DNA from: Gemmatimonadales bacterium | Lineage (GTDB): Bacteria > Gemmatimonadota > Gemmatimonadetes > Gemmatimonadales > GWC2-71-9 | Reading direction: 5' to 3' | DNA: 64,000 bases | NCBI GenBank assembly: GCA_035637355.1 | Contig: DASPXJ010000056.1 | Coordinates: 2,517 to 66,516 of the forward strand | Shown here: positions 27,094 through 36,230 of the stretch, piece after piece | Position numbering within the stretch: the first letter of the stretch is position 1 | How the letters are laid out: the number at the start of each line of letters is the position of its first letter | The notes under the pieces: generated by a model | The model's database searches: none | Told to the model about the DNA's origin: nothing | The model's input: only the letters and a program-made list of their open reading frames with translations | Made by a program: the position numbers and the translations under genes

Positions 27094-28491
27094 CTAGGGG
27101 GTGATTCTCGCGGCACCCGATACGACGACGTACCGGCCGCTCGTGAAATAGTTGAAGAAGGTGGGCGACACGCCCGACACTTCGCTGATTTGCAGCGCAT
27201 GACCGTCAGCGCCCGTCGCCAGCGCGGTGAACCACAGCCGCGTCAGCACGAGCGGTCCCGATTTCGAGTTCGCGTCCACGGCCGCGAACCGCAGCACGCC
27301 GATGCTGGAGCTGTCGTTGACCGTCGGCGCCGCGTACGTCCCCGCCGACGTGCTGTCGAAGCGCAGCACCGCCGCATCCCAGCTGTAGCGCGCGTTGTAG
27401 CTGCCGAGCGAGTCCGCCACCGCCAGCTGATCGATGCGCACATCGACCGTGACCGTCTGCCCAACGCGCCGCGTGCCGAAGGCGCGGCCGTTCGTCACCG
27501 CGGCGATGAGCATGTCGCCGGGCGCGCTCGCGGGGTTACCCACCGCGACGACCACCGAGTCGGCACCGGTGCCGGCCTGCGCGACGATCACCGCGCTTCC
27601 CTTGGTGAGCCCGGTGACGAGACCGCTGCCCGACACCGACGCGATCGACGGCGAGCGGCTGATCCACGTGGCGAGAGCAGGATTGAGCAACGCGCCGCCC
27701 GCATCCTTGACCGTATCCGCCAACTGGATCGTCTGGTTGGGCGCCGTCGTCCGCAGCGCGGCGTAGCCGGGTGTGACGACGACGAGCGCGGGCACGCCCA
27801 CCTGCGGCAGGACCGTCACGGGCAGCGTGTCCGCGTCGCCGTAGATCTGCGCGACGACCCGAGCCACCCCACCCGCCGTTCCCGTGCGCGCGACAATGAA
27901 CCGGCTGCTGCGGACGCGCACCAGCGTCGTGTCGAGATTGACCAGGGCGACCGGCACACCCAGTACAGGCACGCCGCTCGAGTCTACGTTGATCGTCATC
28001 AGGAGCGAGTCGCCTTGCGGCAGCGACGCGCTGATCGGGCCGGCGGTGACCAGGCAGCCGGACGTCGCCTGGCAGGGCCCGACGTAGCTGACGAGGATCT
28101 CGACCGGTGGCGGTGTCTCCGCATTCGCGGCCACCTGCACGGTGTCGATCCCCTGGTAGAGCACGGTGGCGTCGCTGGAGCGCACGCCCTCGAGCAGGAT
28201 TTCGAATTGCTCCGGATCGGAGAGCAGCGGAATGGTGAGCGGCAGGTCGACGCTGCCGCTCGAGTCGACCGCGACGGTGGTGTCGATGACGATGGCGCTC
28301 GATGGGACCCGCGTGATGCGGATGTGGAGCGCGTCGAGATCGCCCGTGAGGACGCCGGGCATCGTCTGCGAGAAGACGGGAACGACCGCGAGACTGACGC
28401 GTTGTCCCGGCGCGAACCCTTCCGCGCACGCGAAGGCCCCTGCCAAGCCCAGCACCCACGGCAGGCGGCCGAGACGCACTACCTGGCCCAC
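27094..28491 (-). CDS. secreted Big_2 + C-terminal cohesin-like protein
   Basis: 465 aa. Big_2-like unit (IQLADTVKDAGG...VSGSGLVTGLTKGSAVIVA). C-terminal GSYNARYSWDAAVLRFDS. Confidence 0.6.
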   Translation of the reverse strand: MGQVVRLGRLPWVLGLAGAFACAEGFAPGQRVSLAVVPVFSQTMPGVLTGDLDALHIRITRVPSSAIVIDTTVAVDSSGSVDLPLTIPLLSDPEQFEILLEGVRSSDATVLYQGIDTVQVAANAETPPPVEILVSYVGPCQATSGCLVTAGPISASLPQGDSLLMTINVDSSGVPVLGVPVALVNLDTTLVRVRSSRFIVARTGTAGGVARVVAQIYGDADTLPVTVLPQVGVPALVVVTPGYAALRTTAPNQTIQLADTVKDAGGALLNPALATWISRSPSIASVSGSGLVTGLTKGSAVIVAQAGTGADSVVVAVGNPASAPGDMLIAAVTNGRAFGTRRVGQTVTVDVRIDQLAVADSLGSYNARYSWDAAVLRFDSTSAGTYAAPTVNDSSSIGVLRFAAVDANSKSGPLVLTRLWFTALATGADGHALQISEVSGVSPTFFNYFTSGRYVVVSGAARITP

Positions 28492-29579
28492 TCTATAAAC
28501 AGGCCGAGTCGCGGCCCTACGATCGAGACACTCTTTCCTTCGTCATGCAGCGTGCCGAATGCGAGCTGCGCCTGCACCACGCCAGCGGCGCGGTCGCTCA
28601 ACCGATATCGCAGGTCGGTTCCCGCGCGGAGCAGATAGCCGAGCAGGGCCATCCGCGCGCCATTGTCCGTCAGCTCATGACGGAACTCGAGTAGCGGCGA
28701 CAGCGTCGTCTTGGGACTGAGGGGCCGATCGAGCTTGGCGCCGAGCGCGAGCACGTTGCCGCGCGGCACTGGGACGGCCCCCGGCGCCGCGCGCAGGCGC
28801 CGCATTTCCCAGCCGTACAGCGAAAGATGCGAGCTGCCCAGTGGCATGCTCACCGCCGCGTAGCCGAGCACGCGATGACCAATCGTGCTTTGGTCACCGC
28901 CGCCGAGGTCGTTCGCGGCCGTGGTGGTGAAGACCAACGCACCGCGGAAGTACTTGCCGCCGCCGAACGGACCCTCGATTCCCAGCCGCGCGCGAATCTC
29001 GCCGCCCGGGCTCATCTCGGAGCCGCCCTGGACGGGCACGTAGCTAGCGGCGTAGCGATAACTGGCACCCGTTCCGATCGCCCACGCGCTGCCCATCTTG
29101 AAAGCCGACGCAAACCCTGCTGAAACGCCGCCGCCTGAGCCGAAGCCCGGAGTCATGAATCCAAGCAGATCGGTCGCGGTTGCGCCGAATAATGGGATCG
29201 TCGTGTCGGGGACTGCCGTTGCGCCGGTGGGAATCGTGCCGACGAGATTGAACACGACCTTGCCGGGAATCACGCCGAACGTGGCGCGAATGTCGGTATC
29301 GACGAGCCCCGAATGCGTGATCGTCCCGCCGCCCGCCTCGGTGACTGACGCGCGCGCAAACGCGGTTCCGACGTCGAGGACGAGCCGGTTCCCGATGCGT
29401 TGCGTGACGCTGATGGGAATCGTGAGCTCGCTGATGCGGCTGAAGGCGAGCCCGGTGCCGAAATTGTACGACTCGAAGTAGACGCCGCTGCGGGCCGCGG
29501 TCGTCGCGGCCTGTGCGGCGAGAATCCCCGGCAGCAGCGCGGCGGCCAGAGCGAGCGCGACGTGACGGGCGCGGGTCAC
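28479..29579 (-). CDS. outer-membrane beta-barrel protein
   Basis: 366 aa, signal peptide ...ILAAQA. Amphipathic strands throughout, Gly/aromatic rich. Confidence 0.55.
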   Translation of the reverse strand: MTRARHVALALAAALLPGILAAQAATTAARSGVYFESYNFGTGLAFSRISELTIPISVTQRIGNRLVLDVGTAFARASVTEAGGGTITHSGLVDTDIRATFGVIPGKVVFNLVGTIPTGATAVPDTTIPLFGATATDLLGFMTPGFGSGGGVSAGFASAFKMGSAWAIGTGASYRYAASYVPVQGGSEMSPGGEIRARLGIEGPFGGGKYFRGALVFTTTAANDLGGGDQSTIGHRVLGYAAVSMPLGSSHLSLYGWEMRRLRAAPGAVPVPRGNVLALGAKLDRPLSPKTTLSPLLEFRHELTDNGARMALLGYLLRAGTDLRYRLSDRAAGVVQAQLAFGTLHDEGKSVSIVGPRLGLFIEWAR

Positions 29580-30895
29580 GGTTTGTGGAAAATGACGCGG
29601 AGTACGCCGGAGGCCTGCACCACGCTCGTGATGCCCTGACTCTCCGTCGTAGGATTACTGAGGGTGCTGCCGACACCGTTCTGGCCGGGCTCGGCAATGA
29701 TCGGCGTCAGCTCAGCGGTCGCCTGGCTCAGAGCACCCGTCACGGCAGGCTCGGTAGGCGTCGTCATTTGTGCGACCGCTTCGACGACCGTCACGACATC
29801 GCCCGGCGATGCCTGCACCGCGGGCGCGGCTGCGGCCGCCTGCTGCTGCTGCTGGGCCTGTTGGAACGACGGATCGGCGCGCACCGCCGCGCTGAACGCG
29901 GCCGCGGCGGCACGGTAGTCGCCGCGATCCAGCGCTTCGAGTCCGTTACTGTAGGCCAGGAAGGCCGCCAGATTCTTCGGTCCCTGCCGCAAGATGCGCT
30001 GCCGCTCGGCTTCCGTTAATTGAATGCCCAGCTGCGTGGCGAGGCCGAAGACGAGCTGCTTCTCGAGATCGAGCAGCTGCTTGAACGTGCCGTTGGCCTG
30101 CGCGCCCCCCGGGCGCACGTTGCCGTCGCCGCGCACGACGATCGCCGATAGGCGCACCGGGCCGTTCTGTGTGATCGACGCGACGCCCTGCACCATCCGC
30201 TCCGCGCGCAGCAGGCGCCCGACGCGCGCCGCCGTGCCCGGATCCGCGCGCGCGCTCTGTCCGAGCTTCAGCTCGTCGAGCAGCGCGCCGATCTGTACGC
30301 GCTCCAGCAGCCGCAGGCTACGCACCATCGCCAGATCGGACATCACCAGCTCGGCGAGTCCCCGCGACAACGGCTGGAAGCTCGAATCGCCTGCGATCGT
30401 CATCGGCAATACCGCGATCGTGGAGGGCTCGGGGGCGAGTGTCGTCAGCGTGGACTCGCGCGCCAATGCCAGCTTGGCGGTCTGCGCCGCCTGCGTGCGC
30501 AACGCGAGCTGCGCCAGCGCGCGGACGGCGGCGACGCCGCGCGCCTGTGGATAGCGGGCCGCGAAGTCGCTGTAGGTCGCAAACGCGAGATCGTAGCGCC
30601 CGGCTTTTTCCTGACAGCCGCCGACGACCATCGGTCCCAATGCCTCGCCGGGGGCCAGCATCTGGCCCGCGTTTGCGACGACCACCGCGGTATCACACCG
30701 TCCCGCCGCCACGAGCGCGGCGGCGAGACGGAAGCGGACTTGAGCGTTGGTGGGTTGCTGGGCTGCCTGGGCTTTGAGGGCTGGGATGTTAGCGGGTGTG
30801 ACGGGAACGTTTCGTGGCCCGCCTGCACAGGCCACGAACAAGCCGCTCATCCCTACGAGCAGATACCGCGGACCAGCCAGAATCTGGGACTCCAC
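29576..30895 (-). CDS. CsgG/HfaB-like lipoprotein with TPR-like regions
   Basis: Lipobox-like LFVAC. IAVLPMTIAGDSSFQPLSRGLAELVMSDL...LLERVQIGALLDELKLGQS...RVGRLLRAERMVQG matches the CsgG-family core pattern. First gene of the operon, with a 216-bp upstream gap. Confidence 0.6.
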   Translation of the reverse strand: MESQILAGPRYLLVGMSGLFVACAGGPRNVPVTPANIPALKAQAAQQPTNAQVRFRLAAALVAAGRCDTAVVVANAGQMLAPGEALGPMVVGGCQEKAGRYDLAFATYSDFAARYPQARGVAAVRALAQLALRTQAAQTAKLALARESTLTTLAPEPSTIAVLPMTIAGDSSFQPLSRGLAELVMSDLAMVRSLRLLERVQIGALLDELKLGQSARADPGTAARVGRLLRAERMVQGVASITQNGPVRLSAIVVRGDGNVRPGGAQANGTFKQLLDLEKQLVFGLATQLGIQLTEAERQRILRQGPKNLAAFLAYSNGLEALDRGDYRAAAAAFSAAVRADPSFQQAQQQQQAAAAAPAVQASPGDVVTVVEAVAQMTTPTEPAVTGALSQATAELTPIIAEPGQNGVGSTLSNPTTESQGITSVVQASGVLRVIFHKP

Positions 30896-31111
30896 CTGGT
30901 GAAGAAGGGGGTGTAAAATGCCTGTACCATGGGCGCACGCAAGAGCGGGCGTGGCCGGGACTGATTTACCGCTGTCTGACCGAAACTGCCATGACGCGGG
31001 TCACGCGGAACGACATTCGGCGCGCGGACCGTCTAATAAGGAAGGCGATGCGCAGGCGGGTCGGAGGCCACCACGCCGTGGCGGGGCAATAGCGAGGGCG
31101 ATGCCGCCGGC

Positions 31112-31297
31112 TCACTCTAGGCTGTGCAGCAGCTGACGCATCTTGCGCGCCAGGTCCTCGATCTGTTTGAGCCCGGCCAGCGCCTCCTCGTCGAACTTCT
31201 CAGGCGTGAGGAGCAGGAGCTGAGTCTCGGCGAGTATCGCCGAGAGAGGATTGGACAGGTCGTGCCGCAACTTCGCCATCGCCTGCGGATCGGACAT
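31112..31297 (-). CDS. stand-alone HisKA (DHp) domain mini-protein
   Basis: ORF 31112..31360 trimmed to the ATG at 31297, which is coupled to the upstream stop (TGATG). H-box LRHDLSNPLSAILAETQLLL. No ATPase domain present. Confidence 0.5.
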   Translation of the reverse strand: MSDPQAMAKLRHDLSNPLSAILAETQLLLLTPEKFDEEALAGLKQIEDLARKMRQLLHSLE

Positions 31298-31611
31298 CAG
31301 AGCAATGAGCGGTACAGGTCCCGCAGGTGATGATCCCGCAGGTCCCGCACCGATTGCCACAGATCCTGCTCCGTGCCGGCGCAGAAGATCTCCGCGCTGG
31401 AGCGCTCCAGTTCCGTCCCCTCGGCGCCGAACATGATGCGACCACGCCAGATACCGTCTTCGGTGCGGCGCAGGGAAAGGCGGATGTCTATGGGTTGTCC
31501 GTCGAAGCGGATGGGGGGCAGATCATGGACGACCGTATCGGTCGCAGCAGCTGGTGTGTATCGGGCAGGTTGTGCAGGCATGCCGATCCAGGGGCTGGTT
31601 TGAAACAACAT
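31297..31611 (-). CDS. hypothetical protein (104 aa)
   Basis: ORF translationally coupled to the DHp mini-protein. No recognisable motif. Confidence 0.45.
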   Translation of the reverse strand: MLFQTSPWIGMPAQPARYTPAAATDTVVHDLPPIRFDGQPIDIRLSLRRTEDGIWRGRIMFGAEGTELERSSAEIFCAGTEQDLWQSVRDLRDHHLRDLYRSLL

Positions 31612-31638
31612 TATAAATGGCTAGGAGTTACGCAATAG

Positions 31639-31727
31639 TCGGTTCTCGGTACTCGGTTTTCGGTACTCGGTTTTCGGTACTCGGTGCTCGGTATTCGCGA
31701 ATACCGAGCACCGAATACCGAAAACCG
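31639..31727. repeat. eight tandem heptads (TCGGTNN) running into a 30+30-nt near-perfect palindrome
   Basis: Read directly. The arm 31668..31697 pairs with 31698..31727 with one mismatch, centred on TTCGCGAA. The element starts 3 nt after the stop of the M50 gene (minus strand) and has no U tract. Confidence 0.85.
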
Positions 31728-31729
31728 CT

Positions 31730-32818
31730 TTAGCTTCGAAACGGCGCTGGCGCAAACGTCAGCAGGAACAGCAGCAAACTCGCCAGCAACAGCCACAGCC
31801 TCGATCGCGGCAGCGGGCGATAGGCATCGAGCACGGGCGGATGGCGCAGCTGGCCGCGCGAGACCACGAGCACGATGAAGCCCCACAGCAGCCACCCCAC
31901 CCAGAACCACCCCAGCAGCATGACCACGACCCACAACGCGCGCGCGATCCGCTGATGCCACCGGGTCGTGGCGGCAAAGACGATGTGGCCACCATCGAGC
32001 TGCGCCATCGGCAGGAGATTGAGCATCGTTACGAACATGCCGAACCACCCGGCGAGTGCCATGGGGTGCAGCATGATCGTCGCGGTATCGCCTTGGGTAA
32101 GACGGCGGACGAGCCATGTGATCGCTGAATCGCCGAGCGCCATCACGCCAGGGCCCCACGGTGCCACCATGCCGCGGATCGGCGCATCGGTTATCCCGTG
32201 GCTATGCGCCAATCCGATCCACAGGATCGGCAGCGCGACCACGAAGCCCGCGATCGGCCCAGCGGCACCGACGTCGAGCAACTGCCGCCGGTCGTTGACG
32301 ATCGTCCTCAGCCGGATGAAGGCTCCGAACGTCCCGATTGCCCAGGGCGCCGGAGGTCCCGGAATAAAGAACGGTGGCGAGACGTTGAGCTGGTAGCGCC
32401 GCGCCGTGAGGTAGTGTCCCAGCTCGTGGCAGAGCAGGATGGCCAGTAACGGCAGCGAAAACGACAGACCGAGCGGAAAGGCACCGAGCAAGGCGTCCGG
32501 CCGCCAATCCCTGGGATCTGAAGGCAGGGCACCCGCGACGACGGCGCCGGATAGCGTCGTCGTGATCAGGACCCCCACGAACAGCAGCGCGTGCGTTGTC
32601 CACGCCTCGCGCGCTTTATGCGTGGGTCGCGTGAGCACGAGATGGCGCCCGTCAGCCTCGTTCGACCAGTAGTACGTCCCTGGCCATTGCTGGAGAGCGG
32701 CGGAGAGCTCGGCGGAGGGTGGGGACCCGGCATGAGCCGGATCTACAAGTGCGTCAACAACTTCGCGGTCGTGGAGAGGTGTGGTCCGCCACGCGAGTAG
32801 AAACCTTGTGAGGCTCAC
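31730..32818 (-). CDS. site-2 protease family (M50) membrane metalloprotease
   Basis: HELGH zinc motif ([10 protein letters not shown]), second motif [12 protein letters not shown], and multiple TM helices. Confidence 0.85.
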   Translation of the reverse strand: MSLTRFLLAWRTTPLHDREVVDALVDPAHAGSPPSAELSAALQQWPGTYYWSNEADGRHLVLTRPTHKAREAWTTHALLFVGVLITTTLSGAVVAGALPSDPRDWRPDALLGAFPLGLSFSLPLLAILLCHELGHYLTARRYQLNVSPPFFIPGPPAPWAIGTFGAFIRLRTIVNDRRQLLDVGAAGPIAGFVVALPILWIGLAHSHGITDAPIRGMVAPWGPGVMALGDSAITWLVRRLTQGDTATIMLHPMALAGWFGMFVTMLNLLPMAQLDGGHIVFAATTRWHQRIARALWVVVMLLGWFWVGWLLWGFIVLVVSRGQLRHPPVLDAYRPLPRSRLWLLLASLLLFLLTFAPAPFRS

Positions 32819-32937
32819 GTCCCCGTACTATACTTGAGCGTTCGCACACCGCCATAACTCCAAGTTTCCATTATCAACGAGACCACTCCCCAACCCCGGG
32901 TTTTCCCCGCCGTAGCGCAAACGGAGCTGAAGCACAC

Positions 32938-34197
32938 GTGGATATCGCCGAACTAAAGAGGAAGTCCGTCGCGGAACTGCACGCGATGGCCGAGAGCCTG
33001 AACATCACCAACTACTCCGGGCTCCGCAAGCAGGATCTCATTTTCCGCATCGAGCAGTCGCTGCTCGACACCGACACGGTTCTCCGTGGCGAGGGCGTGC
33101 TTGAAATTCTGCCGGAAGGCTACGGGTTCCTCCGCAGCCCCGACTGGAATTATCTGTACGGCCCCGACGACATCTACGTCTCGCCCAGCCAGATCAAGCG
33201 TTTCGATCTGCGCACCGGCGACACGATCATGGGCCAGGTGCGGCCGCCGAAGGAGGGCGAGCGGTACCTCGCGCTCTTGAAAGTCGAAGTCGTCAACGGC
33301 GAAGAGCCGGAGAAGGCGAAGCATCGCGTCGCCTTCGACAACCTGCGCCCCCGCTATCCCGAGCAGCAGCTCAAACTCGAGCGGAAAGACGGCGATCTGT
33401 CGATGCGGGTGATGGACATCCTGTCACCGATCGGCAAGGGACAACGCGGCCTGATCGTGTCGCCGCCCAAGGCCGGCAAGACCATCCTGATGCAGAAGCT
33501 GGCCAACTCCATCATCGAGAATCATCCCGAGGTCTATCTCATCGTGCTGCTCATCGACGAGCGGCCCGAAGAGGTGACCGATATGGAGGAGAACGTCAAA
33601 GGGCCGAACGTGGAGGTGGTGTCGTCGACGTTTGACGAGCCGGCGGACCGCCACGTGCAGGTCGCGGACATGGTGATCGAAAAGGCGAAACGGCTGGTCG
33701 AGCACGGCAAGGACGTCGTGATTCTGCTCGACTCGATCACCCGCCTGGGCCGGGCCCACAACGTCGTGGTGCCGCACTCGGGCAAGATTCTCTCCGGCGG
33801 TGTGGACGCGAACGCCTTGCAGAAACCGAAGCGCTTCTTCGGCGCCGCGCGCAACATCGAGGGCGGCGGCTCGCTCACCATTCTGGCGACCGCGCTGATC
33901 GACACCGGCTCGCGCATGGACGAGGTGATTTTCGAGGAGTTCAAGGGCACCGGTAACTCCGAAGTCATTCTCGACCGGCGCATCGCCGAGCGGCGCACGT
34001 TCCCGGCGATCGACGTGCAACGCAGCAGCACGCGGAAGGAAGAGCTGCTGCTCAGCAAGGAAGAGCTGAACAAGGTCTACCTGCTCCGCAATTTCCTGTC
34101 CGACATGCCGCCCGTCGAGGCGATCGAATTCCTGCTGGAGCGGCTCAAGCGCACGAAGACGAACACGGAATTCTTCCAGACCATGTCACAAGGGTGA
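32938..34197 (+). CDS. rho: transcription termination factor Rho
   Basis: GTG start. Rho N-terminal domain, cold-shock-like RNA-binding region, Walker [18 protein letters not shown], and the conserved C-terminus. Confidence 0.95.
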   Translation: MDIAELKRKSVAELHAMAESLNITNYSGLRKQDLIFRIEQSLLDTDTVLRGEGVLEILPEGYGFLRSPDWNYLYGPDDIYVSPSQIKRFDLRTGDTIMGQVRPPKEGERYLALLKVEVVNGEEPEKAKHRVAFDNLRPRYPEQQLKLERKDGDLSMRVMDILSPIGKGQRGLIVSPPKAGKTILMQKLANSIIENHPEVYLIVLLIDERPEEVTDMEENVKGPNVEVVSSTFDEPADRHVQVADMVIEKAKRLVEHGKDVVILLDSITRLGRAHNVVVPHSGKILSGGVDANALQKPKRFFGAARNIEGGGSLTILATALIDTGSRMDEVIFEEFKGTGNSEVILDRRIAERRTFPAIDVQRSSTRKEELLLSKEELNKVYLLRNFLSDMPPVEAIEFLLERLKRTKTNTEFFQTMSQG

Positions 34198-34658
34198 AGG
34201 GGGGGCGTCTTCTCGCCGTCGACTGGGGCGAGCGCCGCATCGGCCTCGCCCTTTCCGACGAGACGCAGACACTCGCCCAGCCTCTCGCCACTCTCACGCG
34301 CCGCGCCGGAAAACGCTTCCCGATGGCGCAGCTGCTCGAGCAGGTCACCAGAAACCACGTCGTGGGGATTATCGTCGGGCTGCCGCTGAACGAGGCTGGA
34401 GCCGAGGGTGATGCGGCTCACGCCGCGCGAGCCCTCGCCGATGATATCAAGCGTCGGGTGGGGGGGGGCGGGGGGGGCGGGGGGGGCGGTGACCTGGAGG
34501 TGCGCATGTGGGACGAGCGGATGACCACGGCCCGGGCGCTGGCCGCGGTGCGTGAAATGGGCGGCACGACACGCGGCCGCAAGGAAGATGTGGACGCGAT
34601 GGCCGCCGCGCTGCTGTTGCAGCACTACCTCGACACGCAGAAGGGCACGGCGCAGTGA
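34194..34658 (+). CDS. ruvX: Holliday junction resolvase-like / pre-16S rRNA nuclease RuvX (YqgF)
   Basis: [19 protein letters not shown]... is the YqgF signature. Contains an in-frame Gly10 insert encoded by (GGGGGGGGC)x3. Confidence 0.8.
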   Translation: MKGGRLLAVDWGERRIGLALSDETQTLAQPLATLTRRAGKRFPMAQLLEQVTRNHVVGIIVGLPLNEAGAEGDAAHAARALADDIKRRVGGGGGGGGGGDLEVRMWDERMTTARALAAVREMGGTTRGRKEDVDAMAAALLLQHYLDTQKGTAQ

Positions 34659-35677
34659 GACTGCGTCTCGCCCTCGTCTGCGCCGTTCTCGCCTGCGGCT
34701 CCCAACAGCCGCAAGGCTATCAGTCGGTGGCGGACAATATCATCGTGATCATTCCGCGCGGTGCCACCTATTACCAGGCGCTCGATTCACTCGAAGCGCG
34801 GGGCGTCATCAAGAGCCGCGACTGGTTCAGCCTGTATGCGCGTCTCCGCGGGCTCCCCTCCAACCTGAAGAGCGGCGTCTACATGTTCGCGCCCGATGAG
34901 AGTTGGAGTAGCGTCGTCACTACGCTGAAAAAAGGGCGCGGGCTCGAGGCGCGCTTCACCGTGCTCGAAGGGATGATGGGATTCGAGGTCGGCGAACGCG
35001 CCCGCTCCTGGCTCGGGGTGCCGCGCGACTCCTTCGCCGCCGCGATGCGCGATACGTCCCTGGAGCGCGAGCTCGGCATCCGGCCGAGCCCCGCCGGGGT
35101 CGAGGGCTACATGTACCCGACGACGTACGTCGTCCCCATGCGCATGCGCGCCCGCGACCTCATGAAGCTGATGACGCACGAGTTCATCGCGCGCTGGCAG
35201 CCGGAGTGGGATGCCCGGCTCGCCGAGCTGCACATGACGCGACACCAGATCGTCACCCTCGCCTCGATCATCGAAGCAGAAGTGCGATACACGCCCGACC
35301 GGCCATACGTCTCCGCGGTCTATCACAACCGGCTCAAGCGCGGAATGGCACTACAGGCCGATCCGACCGTCGTCTACGCGCACGGCCGCCGGTTGCGTCG
35401 TGTGTGGGAGAAACAGCTGCAAATCCACTCCCCTTATAACACATACCTGAATCCGGGACTGCCGCCGGGCCCGATCAATCAGCCCAGTGACTCGAGTCTG
35501 ATCGCGGCACTTTACCCTGCGCAGACCGGCTACCTCTATTTCGTGGCCCAACCCGATGGGAAGCACATATTCTCAGCCTCGTACGCCGATCATCTGGCCG
35601 CGATCAAGCGTGTGCGGCAACGCCCACCGCCCGTGCAGCGGCCTCCGGGTCCCCCGCGCCCAGCACGGCGCCAATGA
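34655..35677 (+). CDS. mltG: endolytic murein transglycosylase MltG (YceG family)
   Basis: N-terminal anchor. ASIIEAEV..., ADPTVVY and YNTYLNPGLPPGPINQP are YceG hallmarks. Confidence 0.85.
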   Translation: MRLRLALVCAVLACGSQQPQGYQSVADNIIVIIPRGATYYQALDSLEARGVIKSRDWFSLYARLRGLPSNLKSGVYMFAPDESWSSVVTTLKKGRGLEARFTVLEGMMGFEVGERARSWLGVPRDSFAAAMRDTSLERELGIRPSPAGVEGYMYPTTYVVPMRMRARDLMKLMTHEFIARWQPEWDARLAELHMTRHQIVTLASIIEAEVRYTPDRPYVSAVYHNRLKRGMALQADPTVVYAHGRRLRRVWEKQLQIHSPYNTYLNPGLPPGPINQPSDSSLIAALYPAQTGYLYFVAQPDGKHIFSASYADHLAAIKRVRQRPPPVQRPPGPPRPARRQ

Positions 35678-36230
35678 CGGCGACGCCGGCGGCACCGGCG
35701 CGCATGACGGACGACGCATTCGGCGCCGTGATGCCCCCGATCCCGATGACGGGGACACCCTCGGGCGCGTGTCGAGCCAGCGCCGCGAAGCCCTCGGGAC
35801 CGAGCGGCGGCCCGGCGTCGCGCTTCGTGGGTGTTGCAAAGCAGGGACCGACACTCCAGTAATCGGCAGGAAGGGCGGCCGCGCGCTCGGCCTCCTCGGC
35901 CGTGCCGACGGAGATGCCGAGCAGAAAGCCGGCGGGAAGGTGCCGGCGCAGCGCCGCGAGCGGGGTGTCGTCCCAACCGAGGTGCGCGCCCGCGGCGCCG
36001 GCGGCGAGGGCGATGTCGGCGCGATCATTGACGAGCACGGGAACCGGCAGGGCCGCAACCAGTGCGCGGGTCAACTCCAGAACTTCGCCCGGTGAGCCAT
36101 CTTTCCAGCGGACCTGAATCATCGTGGCGCCGCCCTGGGCGGCGGCGCGGCAGACAGCGACGGCATCCCGCCCTCCGAGCAGGACGGGATCGGTGATCAC
36201 CATCAAGCGCAACTGATCGGCTAGTGCCAT
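35604..36230 (-). CDS. thiE: thiamine-phosphate synthase
   Basis: ORF 35604..36497 trimmed to ATG 36230 (MALADQLRLMVITDP...). Motifs IQVRWKD, LVNDRADIALA and GIGGI. Confidence 0.8.
   Translation of the reverse strand: MALADQLRLMVITDPVLLGGRDAVAVCRAAAQGGATMIQVRWKDGSPGEVLELTRALVAALPVPVLVNDRADIALAAGAAGAHLGWDDTPLAALRRHLPAGFLLGISVGTAEEAERAAALPADYWSVGPCFATPTKRDAGPPLGPEGFAALARHAPEGVPVIGIGGITAPNASSVMRAGAAGVAVIGAVLGAGDPEAAARAVGVAAHA

Noticed and set aside
31639-31727. CRISPR array
   Set aside because: The repeats are 7 nt long and directly adjacent, with no spacers. No cas genes are in the window.
35604-35677. 74-nt convergent overlap of mltG and thiE 3' ends as a regulatory antisense feature
   Set aside because: The MltG tail here is a low-complexity Pro/Arg-rich extension (…RQRPPPVQRPPGPPRPARRQ). 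It may simply reflect late stop-codon occurrence in GC-rich DNA. No structure or motif supports a specific function.
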